Positions 55,843 through 64,000 of a stretch of 64,000 nt of DNA are shown here, piece by piece (within the stretch, counting starts at the first letter, position 1; every line of letters starts with the position of its first letter). Under the pieces are notes generated by a model. It saw only the letters and a list, made by a program, of their open reading frames with translations, made no database searches and was not told where the DNA came from. Position numbers and translations under genes: made by a program. The DNA lies in IMG/VR virus record IMGVR_UViG_3300017528_000567, positions 124,001 through 188,000 of that record. The stretch is one strand, 5' to 3'.

Positions 55843-58016
55843 CCGGCTAAGCACGCCCCGAAGACCGTGTTGCGCTGTTGAACCTTCGCGTTCGCCACGG
55901 CCTTCAAGACAGCGTCGACCTCTCCCAATAGCCAGACCTTCTTTCGAGCACGGGTGATCGCGGTATAGAAAAGGTTGCGCTGGAGCATGCGTCCATGGCC
56001 TCGAACGAGGGGTAGAATCACGGTCTCGAACTCTTCACCCTGGCTCTTGTGCACGGTGACCGCATACGCAAGCTTGAGCATCGTCGGGGCGATGTCTCTA
56101 GGGATGTCAACCACAGTGTCAGGGTGACGGCCGATCCCGTGGATACGGATGCTAAGGCGATCCCGGTGAACCTCTAAGAGCTTGCCGATGTCGCCGTTAT
56201 ACACGTTGAGCTTGTAGTCATTCTTAATGACCATCAAGCGATCGCCAACGCGGACATTGAAGCTCAGGAAGTCACATGATGATTGCCCAACATCAGGGTT
56301 GAGAGCATCGCGGAGCCTCGCATTGAGGTTGTCGACGCCGACGGCGCCCTCGTACTTCGGTGACAAAACCTGAAAGTTCGCATCGCGCTCTTTGAGCTTG
56401 CGCGCCATTCTCACGATGAGCTCGGCGATCGTCTCCTCGTTGGAGACTTCAACGAATTGAAACTCCGTGGCTTCCTTTGGCGGCAAGCCCAGCGGCGATT
56501 CCCCTCGACGGATCTTGTGCGCCGCCAAAACGATATCGCTGCTCTCTGCTTGTCGAAACACATGCTCCAAGCGGATGGTCGGGATCCGGGGACAGGCGAT
56601 CAGCTCCCGCAGAACATTGCCAGCGCCAACCGATGGAAGCTGCGCGTCATCCCCCACCAGCACGAGCATCGTGGTCGGCTCGAGCGCGTCAAGGAGCCGG
56701 TAGAAGAGCTCCTGATCGACCATGGACAGCTCGTCCACGATCACGGCCTGAGTGTCGAGCTTCTGGGTGCCGTCAAAGCCCCACCTAAAGCCGTCGTACT
56801 TCAACGCTCGGTGAATCGTGGATGCCAGCGCCCCAGTGACATGCGACAAACGCTTGGACGCGATCCCGGTGGGCGCCATCAGCGCGTGGGAGATACCAAG
56901 AGAGCTGAACAGGTGAACGAAGGTTTTGATCAGCGTGGTCTTGCCGGTGCCGGGAGCGCCAGTCACCACCAACACGCGATTCGAGATGAGCCGCACCACC
57001 GCTTCACGCTGGAGGTTTGATAGCTCGATACCGTTCGTGGCCTCGTACTCCGGCAGGAACTGCTCCGAGTCCAAGGTGAGCTCCACGGGGGTCAGAAACC
57101 CGGCCAGCATGGCAGCACCGCTGCGCTCGTACATGTAGAGCTCCGGGAGATACACGCCGACATCCGGGTCAACCTTCACCGCGTCGTGCTGCTCAAGCCC
57201 CACCAAGGCGTCGGAGACCGCTTGCGTGAGGTCCGGCACAGGGAACGGGGCCACGGCCGACCGTGTCACGAGCTCGGACAGCAACGGGACGATCTCGCCG
57301 CGCCGCAAGTACAGGTGGCCGTACTGTCGTGTCTGGTCTCGAATTGTCCACAGGACCGCGGCGGCTAGGCGGCGTGGGTCGCCGGGGTCAACGCCCCGCT
57401 TCTCGGCGATATGATCGGCCCGCTGAAACGAGATGCCGTCGATCTCCACCAACCGATACGGGTTCGCGGCCAACACCTCGACCGAGTCAAAGCCAAACTT
57501 CTGGAACACCGCGGCGATCAGGCTGGCCCCGAGCTCGTACTCCTGCAGGAAGTCGGCGAGTGCAGCAAGCCCTCGGATCACACGCCATCGAGCACACGCT
57601 TGGTCCAGTGCGACCTCTGCAATCTCATTGTCTGCCGCGAACATGTGGACACTATCGCCCATCAAGACATGGTATGAGTCGTTGCCGAAACATTCTACGA
57701 AGCGATCCATCAGGTCGTTGTCCTCGAACACCGTGACCGCAAACCTAAAGAATGCTTTGACGTCCAGCGAGTGCCTAGACCACGGCCGCCAGCTGCGGAT
57801 CTTGAACTGGCGGCCATACTTGATGTGCGTAATCCACTCCCCGTCGAGCTCAAACACCAAGCCCCGGAAGACCTGAGTTAGCCCAAACAAGTGTCCTGTG
57901 GCTTTCGTGGACTTGCCTGACACATAGCCGGAGCCCTCAAGGACGCTGAACGCGAGCACGTAAAAGGTGCCGCTCGCGTGAACGACCCTCTCTACTTGAC
58001 CTCGAATATAGCTCAC
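55839..58016 (-). CDS. recD2: RecD2-like SF1B helicase
   Basis: N-terminal OB-like region, HhH (ISFQRADHIA), GAPGTGKTT, VDELSM, VGDDAQLPSVG, AYAVTVHKSQG, YTAITRAR. Confidence 0.93.
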   Translation of the reverse strand: MSYIRGQVERVVHASGTFYVLAFSVLEGSGYVSGKSTKATGHLFGLTQVFRGLVFELDGEWITHIKYGRQFKIRSWRPWSRHSLDVKAFFRFAVTVFEDNDLMDRFVECFGNDSYHVLMGDSVHMFAADNEIAEVALDQACARWRVIRGLAALADFLQEYELGASLIAAVFQKFGFDSVEVLAANPYRLVEIDGISFQRADHIAEKRGVDPGDPRRLAAAVLWTIRDQTRQYGHLYLRRGEIVPLLSELVTRSAVAPFPVPDLTQAVSDALVGLEQHDAVKVDPDVGVYLPELYMYERSGAAMLAGFLTPVELTLDSEQFLPEYEATNGIELSNLQREAVVRLISNRVLVVTGAPGTGKTTLIKTFVHLFSSLGISHALMAPTGIASKRLSHVTGALASTIHRALKYDGFRWGFDGTQKLDTQAVIVDELSMVDQELFYRLLDALEPTTMLVLVGDDAQLPSVGAGNVLRELIACPRIPTIRLEHVFRQAESSDIVLAAHKIRRGESPLGLPPKEATEFQFVEVSNEETIAELIVRMARKLKERDANFQVLSPKYEGAVGVDNLNARLRDALNPDVGQSSCDFLSFNVRVGDRLMVIKNDYKLNVYNGDIGKLLEVHRDRLSIRIHGIGRHPDTVVDIPRDIAPTMLKLAYAVTVHKSQGEEFETVILPLVRGHGRMLQRNLFYTAITRARKKVWLLGEVDAVLKAVANAKVQQRNTVFGACLAG

Positions 58017-59935
58017 GAGACCCCGATGACTTTGAGCAGCTCATCCTCAGACACGCAGTTCGTGCCGTTCTTCCTAGCCGCTTGAGCCTTCGAGCTGGTT
58101 GAGCTCGGATCAGCCATCACGAGGTACGTGAGTTTCTTCCCAACCGATGTCTTGACCTCACCGCCAGCCTGCTTGACCAGGTTCTCGAGCTCCGCGCGAG
58201 GCCTCGCCAAGCTGCCGGTGAAGCACACGCTCATGCCGGACAGCGTGCCGTGCCGCTTGCCTTCAATCTCCACACCGAGGAGCAGGAGCTTGTCGATCAG
58301 CCAGGCATGATTGGCCAACCAGCCGTGAATGTTGCGTGCCCGCACCGGGCCTAACCCCTCCACAGACATGAGCTGCTCGACCGTGATGGACTTGAAGCGC
58401 GCCAAGGTGTCGAAGCCGGCGTCCATGGCCAGCTTGATGCAGCTCGGGCCGCAGAGCGGGATAGAGAGCGAGCCCAGCAGTGTATCGAGCGGCACCTTGC
58501 GCTTGGCCCAGAGGGTCTTGATGACCTTCGCCGCAGATTTCGGCCCCATCCTATCCACGTCGGCAAGCTGCGCCTCCGACAGCTTGTAGAGGTCACCGAC
58601 GTCAGCTACGAGCTCCATCTCCACAAGCTTCTCGATCAGCGTCTCGCCCCACTCCTTGATGTCGAGCACCGAGACGTAACGCTTGATGCGCCCGACCGCC
58701 TGAGCAGAGCACTCCATCGAGTTCGTGCAGATCAGGTATTCGCCGTCCATCTGCGTTGCGCCCTCGCAGCACGGACAGGTCAGCGGAGGAGCGGCCACGG
58801 TGCCAGTCGGCTTGCGTACAGCGGCGACCCTCGGGATCACATCCTGTGCACGAGCGATCAGGATCGTGGCCCCGATGTCTATCCCGAGGGTGTTGATGTA
58901 CGCGACGTTGTACAGCGAAGCGTTCGTGATCTCCGTGCCCAGCACACGCACGGGATCGAATATAGCAACGGGCGTGATGCGACCAGACCCACCAACCTGC
59001 CAATCGATGCGCCGCAACGTTGACTCGCGAGTCATGGGGGCAAACTTGAAAGCGACCGCGCCTTTCGGTCGATTGTCCACCTCACCCAGAGCGAGCTGAT
59101 TCGCCAAGTCGTTGACGCGCACCACAAGGCCGTCGATCTCGTAGTTCAGCTCGGCGCGCTTGAACTGCTGATATTCCAACCACAGATCGTGAGGCGTTCG
59201 GATCCCCGGCGTCATGGCCGTGACATACCAGTTCGGCACCTTGAGCCCCTGCTGCACAAGCCACGTGAACTGGTCGCCCTCCGACTCGAAGTCTTCCCCA
59301 TCGGCGACCTGGTAGAACATGATCGTCAGGTGCTCGCACCCGTGGCCATCGTAACGCTTGGCGATACCACTCGCGGCGTTACGAGGGTTTGCGTATTGCG
59401 GAAAATGCGCGGCGTGATCGCTCTTCGTGAGCACGATCTCGCCGCGAAGCGTGCCGGTGAATGCCTTGGGCAAGCGACCAGGAACGCCTTGCATCCTGGC
59501 AACATTCGCAGATATGTCTTCGCCAGTAACGCCATCACCTCGAGTGGCGGCGCGGGAAAATGTCCCCTTCACGTAGTCGACAGCGATCGAGATGCCGTCG
59601 AGTTTCTCAGTCACCAGAAGCGCCGCGAATTTCGAGCTACCCGTGGACATCACCCACGAAGTCAGCTCTTCCAAGGTGTTGATCTTGCTCAACGAGCCCA
59701 TGGCGATCGTGTGCGAGACCTTGGTCCACTCGGAAACTGGCGCTGCACCGACCTGAGTGACCGCGGCGCTATCGTGCTTCAGAGCTGAGAGCTCATCCAC
59801 CCACGCGTCGTAGGCCTCGTCGACGATCGTCGGCGTGCTGTTGTAGTACGCGTGTCGAGCTTGCTGGATGAGCCCCTCCAGTTCGATGATTCGATTTGAA
59901 GTGGCCTCATCCAACAGTTCCGGGAAATCTTCCAT
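58013..59935 (-). CDS. ligA: NAD-dependent DNA ligase
   Basis: EKLDG, TRGDG, RGE, NPRNAASG, EIDGLV, AFKF, zinc finger, HhH and C-terminal BRCT (CFTGSL). Confidence 0.96.
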   Translation of the reverse strand: MEDFPELLDEATSNRIIELEGLIQQARHAYYNSTPTIVDEAYDAWVDELSALKHDSAAVTQVGAAPVSEWTKVSHTIAMGSLSKINTLEELTSWVMSTGSSKFAALLVTEKLDGISIAVDYVKGTFSRAATRGDGVTGEDISANVARMQGVPGRLPKAFTGTLRGEIVLTKSDHAAHFPQYANPRNAASGIAKRYDGHGCEHLTIMFYQVADGEDFESEGDQFTWLVQQGLKVPNWYVTAMTPGIRTPHDLWLEYQQFKRAELNYEIDGLVVRVNDLANQLALGEVDNRPKGAVAFKFAPMTRESTLRRIDWQVGGSGRITPVAIFDPVRVLGTEITNASLYNVAYINTLGIDIGATILIARAQDVIPRVAAVRKPTGTVAAPPLTCPCCEGATQMDGEYLICTNSMECSAQAVGRIKRYVSVLDIKEWGETLIEKLVEMELVADVGDLYKLSEAQLADVDRMGPKSAAKVIKTLWAKRKVPLDTLLGSLSIPLCGPSCIKLAMDAGFDTLARFKSITVEQLMSVEGLGPVRARNIHGWLANHAWLIDKLLLLGVEIEGKRHGTLSGMSVCFTGSLARPRAELENLVKQAGGEVKTSVGKKLTYLVMADPSSTSSKAQAARKNGTNCVSEDELLKVIGVS

Positions 59936-59943
59936 CCCGGGAG

Positions 59944-59950
59944 CTACACC
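59944..59950 (-). promoter_or_regulatory. GGTGTAG element 8 nt upstream of the ligA ATG
   Basis: GGTGTAG-CTCCCGGG-ATG. Confidence 0.55.
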
Positions 59951-59955
59951 AAACG

Positions 59956-60174
59956 CTAGACGTCAACCTCCCCCAGTTCGATCATCTCCGCCAGCGTGGC
60001 GATCACGTCTAAAGGAGTGATAATCAAGCGAACTTCTTTGCCTTGGTGCAGACCAAGCACCTCCTGCATATCGAGGTACTCATTGGTCCCATTCGCTTGC
60101 GGGATACGTAGCACCCACTGTCCGCTCATGGGGTCCAGCTCCACGAAGCCCTCAGTCATCAAACCTAGATCCAT
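59956..60174 (-). CDS. Small hypothetical protein
   Basis: Start moved to ATG 60174 (AAGGGGG upstream). Confidence 0.55.
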   Translation of the reverse strand: MDLGLMTEGFVELDPMSGQWVLRIPQANGTNEYLDMQEVLGLHQGKEVRLIITPLDVIATLAEMIELGEVDV

Positions 60175-60185
60175 TGGAACCCCCT

Positions 60186-62489
60186 TCACACGATCTGGCA
60201 GAACCCGCCCGCACAAGCGGCCTCAGCGGAAAGCACGGTCCCATCTTCAGTCTCGAGTATCGCTGTGTAATCGATGGGCTTGTAGCAAGAGACGAGCTCG
60301 AGCCACCGCCGCTCGTCAGCCTCCGTTGTCACGGCTTCCAGTGGAGCGAACGCGTAATCTTTGTCTGCCGACGCCGGCAGCAACGAGATGCCCGTGAAGT
60401 CATCGCGGTGCGCCCAAATGTAGCTCGCCACGGCCTCCCACTCGTCGGGCTGAACCGTGACGGTATTCGACACATTGTGATGCCCGCCGTTGTATCCGGG
60501 GTGCATGCGGTCGGTCCCCGGGACAACCCAGTTGACTTGCGTGGACCGCACAGCATCCAAGAACTGCATCGCCGTCTGATCACCCTTGAGGATCGCCCCG
60601 TCCGGCGCCTGCACGGGGAACTCAACGACCCATTTGCCGTCTGGCTTTCGCTGGCACATTTTCGGATTCGCCGCCATGAACGCCTGAAAGACCGGCTCCA
60701 GCTCATCCGCTGTGACGCGGCGAATGTACCGGCGTGCATGGTGCGGGTGGATCCCGGAGCCAATGCACCCGAGGGCCAGTGACGTAGTTCCCGACGGTTT
60801 CACGCACGTCGTACGCGCCGCCGAGTTGATGCCCAGGCGAGCCGCATACTCCCGGTTCCACTCCTTCACCTTCACGGCGACCTGGCGCTGGTACTCTGCG
60901 TTGAGAGCAATCTGCGGGGCGTCCATGATGCCAGTCATGCCGATGCCCAGCAGGGCGTCGCGTTTGGCGATCTCCGACGACGCCCAGCCCAAGTACGGCA
61001 TATCCGTGTAGGCGGCCTGCACGGTCCCGATGAGCGTCGCGGCTTTGGCAGCCTCGACGAAGTCCTCGTAGCTGGTGAGCTTGGATGCATTGATCTCGCA
61101 CAGATTGCAGAACGCCCAGCCCGTGTGACGGCTGTCCGCCTCGACCGAGATGCCACGGGTAGCGAGTCGCGCCTGAATCTCCGGGGTCACCGTTACAACG
61201 GGGTACAGGTTGATCTCGCAGCACGGATTAGTCGCGTGATCGTAGTCGCTGACGAAAAAGAATCCCGGCTCACCCCACTCGCGCGTCATCTGAAAAATGC
61301 GCTTGAATTGCTTCTTCTTTACCTCATCGCGCTTCAGCACGACGGAATTGTTCGAATTGGCGAACCAAGGATCGGTCTGCCACCAGTTGCCCGTTTTGGC
61401 GAACATCATCTCGCTGTCTTCAAGCGAGAAAAGGCAGATCATCGCGCTTCTCCGGATGCCGCCAGACAGCACAGCATCAGCAGCGAAGCACATGATGCGA
61501 TACGCCTCAATCGGACGGAGCTTGCGACCCTGCGCAGCCAAGAGGGTGGCGCGCACCCGCTCCAACGACTCTTTCAGCTTCAAATGACCCGGAGCTCGAC
61601 CGCCGGAAGTCTTCAGCGGAGAACCAGCGGGCCGGACCTTGTGATAGCTCAGCTCGAGATTGGTCCCTTTTTGAAAGCTGTTGATCAGCGCCTTGAGCGC
61701 GTCAGCCCAGCCTTCAATCGTATCCTGCACCACGTGATGCTGGACCCTCTTCGGATCGATATGCGCCACCGGGGAGAGCCGCTCCACGTGATCGAACTGC
61801 ACGGAGAATCCAACGCCGCAACCTGACAGCAGCAGATACAGCGACTCACTGAATGCTTCCCAACGATCGACATGAGTCGCAGAGCAATTGTAGAGTCGAT
61901 TGTGATTCGCGAGGATCGCCGGACCGCCGAACTGCATCGAGCGCATCGAAGGCAAGACACGCTTGCTGTAGACGAGCTTGAACGCTTCACGGATCTCATC
62001 CGCCATGCCGGGGAACCGACCCAAGTGCATCCCCTCTACGCGGGCGACGGTCTCTTCATACACTTCACGGCGCAGCAACTCAGGCAGATAGCGTGCGTAC
62101 TTGCTCGCGTGGATGTAATCAGAGAGCCCCTTCGGATCGATCGCTTTCTCATGCAGCTGCCGCATCTCCTGACGGTGATGCCGATACAAGATGTAAGCTT
62201 TGGCGACCTTGTACTGATGGAGCCGCATCAACGCGATCTCCACAGCATTCTGAATCAGCTCAACGTCAACCACGTCACCCGGCAGCGAGAGCACCACTGT
62301 GGTGACCACCTCGTTGATGGCCTTATCGTCGGCAGCTCCTACGCTATCTACCCACGCGGCGTAGATAGCATTGCGCAGCTTCAAAGGATCGAAGGGCTGG
62401 ACAGTGACACCATCTCGCTTGCGGATCGAGCTCGGCTGGTGACTGTAGCTGACATGAGAGCCGTTGTGGACTTGAGGTTGGGCCTGCAT
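60186..62489 (-). CDS. nrdJ: Class II (adenosylcobalamin-dependent) ribonucleotide reductase with N-terminal ATP cone
   Basis: RKRDG..FD ATP-cone start, LYNCS, GCGVGFS, GGIRRSA, GEPGF, NPCCEI, CNLCEIN, TCVKPSGT, C-terminal ACAGGFC. Confidence 0.9.
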   Translation of the reverse strand: MQAQPQVHNGSHVSYSHQPSSIRKRDGVTVQPFDPLKLRNAIYAAWVDSVGAADDKAINEVVTTVVLSLPGDVVDVELIQNAVEIALMRLHQYKVAKAYILYRHHRQEMRQLHEKAIDPKGLSDYIHASKYARYLPELLRREVYEETVARVEGMHLGRFPGMADEIREAFKLVYSKRVLPSMRSMQFGGPAILANHNRLYNCSATHVDRWEAFSESLYLLLSGCGVGFSVQFDHVERLSPVAHIDPKRVQHHVVQDTIEGWADALKALINSFQKGTNLELSYHKVRPAGSPLKTSGGRAPGHLKLKESLERVRATLLAAQGRKLRPIEAYRIMCFAADAVLSGGIRRSAMICLFSLEDSEMMFAKTGNWWQTDPWFANSNNSVVLKRDEVKKKQFKRIFQMTREWGEPGFFFVSDYDHATNPCCEINLYPVVTVTPEIQARLATRGISVEADSRHTGWAFCNLCEINASKLTSYEDFVEAAKAATLIGTVQAAYTDMPYLGWASSEIAKRDALLGIGMTGIMDAPQIALNAEYQRQVAVKVKEWNREYAARLGINSAARTTCVKPSGTTSLALGCIGSGIHPHHARRYIRRVTADELEPVFQAFMAANPKMCQRKPDGKWVVEFPVQAPDGAILKGDQTAMQFLDAVRSTQVNWVVPGTDRMHPGYNGGHHNVSNTVTVQPDEWEAVASYIWAHRDDFTGISLLPASADKDYAFAPLEAVTTEADERRWLELVSCYKPIDYTAILETEDGTVLSAEAACAGGFCQIV

Positions 62490-62512
62490 GATTACCTAAG
62501 ATCTCCTTGTTT

Positions 62513-63475
62513 TCATTGTGCCATCGATAGGATGACCATCTCGATCATCGTTCGCTTGAATGGGGAAGACGACTTCACATCAACATCTAATTTGCTGAGC
62601 TGTCCCATGTAGCGAACGAGTGACCGCAGCTCATGTTTGCGGGCCGTAGGCGCTACGGCATTATTGAAGCGCCAGAGATTCTGGCCGAGAAGTCCCGCCA
62701 CATCCGCCGCTGACATCCCTTTGTCAAACATGCTGCGGACCACGGTTGTGTTTTCGACGTGCTTCATCAGCTGATAGACCACGGCGCCGTACTGGGTTTC
62801 GCCCGACTTGGCGCAGACTGCTCCAAACAGCTGCAAAGCGCGTTTGACGTCCTTTGCCATCACCGCCTCAGCCACGAGGCTGGGCTCCGCCTCGGGGGCC
62901 TGCGTAGCAATCTGAGCTACATGTGCTTCTGTGATCTCGCCGACACTCCCGGCATAGATCGCAAGCTTTTTGATCTCATTGGCGAGCCGATACAGGTCAG
63001 GGCCTGTTGATTGGTACAGCAACTCCACCGCTCGCTTTCGAATCGCGACGCCATTACGTGTCGCCTCCTTGCTGATGAAGTCGGTGTGATATGCCTCCTT
63101 GTCCCAAGGCTTGCACTTTTTCCATTCCAGAGACTTGCCCTTGCTGGCAACAAACGACCACAGCTCCGACAAGCTCTCAGACCTAACGATGGCCGCCAGT
63201 ATCACCGATTGATCAACAGGGTTGCGCCTCTCGACATAGCGCCGCAGTTCCTTGTTCCCCTTCAGCTCTTGAGCATTGTCTAACACAATGGTCCTGGGGT
63301 CCTCCGAGCTAGCTTCGCAGAGCTCAACGAGCTCAATGTCAGTGAGCCCGTCGCCGTCCAACAAGAGCACGCGGCGACGACTCTGCCTGGTCTGTTCAAT
63401 GTAACGGTCGAGGTAAAAAGGCTCACCGCCATATGCGACGTAGAACGCGTTGAATGTGGATCCCTTGCCAGCCAC
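62513..63475 (-). CDS. holA: DNA polymerase III delta subunit
   Basis: YVAYGGEPFYL, LYRLANEIKKL, C-terminal LDVDVKS..MIEMVI. Confidence 0.8.
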   Translation of the reverse strand: MAGKGSTFNAFYVAYGGEPFYLDRYIEQTRQSRRRVLLLDGDGLTDIELVELCEASSEDPRTIVLDNAQELKGNKELRRYVERRNPVDQSVILAAIVRSESLSELWSFVASKGKSLEWKKCKPWDKEAYHTDFISKEATRNGVAIRKRAVELLYQSTGPDLYRLANEIKKLAIYAGSVGEITEAHVAQIATQAPEAEPSLVAEAVMAKDVKRALQLFGAVCAKSGETQYGAVVYQLMKHVENTTVVRSMFDKGMSAADVAGLLGQNLWRFNNAVAPTARKHELRSLVRYMGQLSKLDVDVKSSSPFKRTMIEMVILSMAQ

Positions 63476-63488
63476 ACATCACCCCGCC

Positions 63489-64000
63489 TTAGACGAACGA
63501 TTCTGCGAGCACGGTCTTGAACTGGAAGGACAGATTGACGCTGACCTTGTTGGCGGTGTCTCGCAATGCCCCGACCTTCCGAGCAAGTTTGACCCACGCC
63601 GCCATTGGCACTTTCGCGCCCAGGGCAACGAGTGTATCGGTCACATCCACGTTGGTAGCCCGCAGAGGGTCGAGCCCGCAGATGAGCACGTCGTGAATGA
63701 CCTGCTCCATGAACTGCGCGGCTAATTCCAGGTCCTTCTTCATGGCATCTACCAAAGAAAACACTGCCCAGAGGTCTTTCTCCACGCTCGCGTGGAGGGC
63801 CTTCACGACCTGGTCTCGTAGGACTAACCTACTAGCGTTACAGTAGTCGATCGCTCTACCGGCCGATCCGTCACCCATTCGGCTATAGACAAGTGCTTTA
63901 GTAGGGTCCTCTTCGGACCGCTGAACTATCGATAGGATGAAGTCATCCGGCAAGCGGCGGTATGTGACTACCCCACAACGCGAACGAATCGTCAGCGGCA
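63489..64000 (-). CDS. holB: DNA polymerase III delta-prime subunit, C-terminal part (truncated by the window edge)
   Basis: The frame stays open to the edge and reads PLTIRSRC; GSAGRA motif and collar helices ending NLSFQFKTVL. Confidence 0.75.
   Translation of the reverse strand, partial: PLTIRSRCGVVTYRRLPDDFILSIVQRSEEDPTKALVYSRMGDGSAGRAIDYCNASRLVLRDQVVKALHASVEKDLWAVFSLVDAMKKDLELAAQFMEQVIHDVLICGLDPLRATNVDVTDTLVALGAKVPMAAWVKLARKVGALRDTANKVSVNLSFQFKTVLAESFV

Noticed and set aside
1-64000. Stop-codon reassignment (alternative genetic code)
   Set aside because: Genes end cleanly at TAG, TGA and TAA with tight packing, and conserved genes are not interrupted.

Overview
This window is a 64-kb piece of a large tailed dsDNA phage genome (HK97-type head). 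It is gene-dense and almost entirely minus-strand; the only credible plus-strand gene is 55204..55842. I saw no integrase, tRNA or CRISPR array, and the host cannot be determined from this window. About 1-12.6 kb encodes modular, repeat-built fibre and virion proteins. About 13-39.9 kb is the head module: major capsid protein, decoration proteins, scaffold, prohead protease, portal, terminase and many probable internal head proteins. About 40-42.3 kb is a transcription junction holding a tandem sigma4-like protein and a NusG/5'-3' exonuclease fusion. About 42.3-64 kb is a bacterial-type replication, recombination and nucleotide module: DnaX, HolA, HolB, beta clamp, primase core, split SbcC, SbcD, Cas4-like nuclease, RecA, RuvC, SSB-like protein, RecD2, LigA and class II RNR. 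The best candidates for new biology are: (1) a possible capsid-cargo addressing and processing code (an RVxxR[FW] tag plus K/R-x-A|S sites) shared by unrelated proteins, including the lone plus-strand gene; (2) the NusG-exonuclease fusion; (3) four paralogous decoration-type genes; (4) a GGTGTAG element placed to give leaderless transcripts. All product calls come from motif recognition by eye; no database searches were run.
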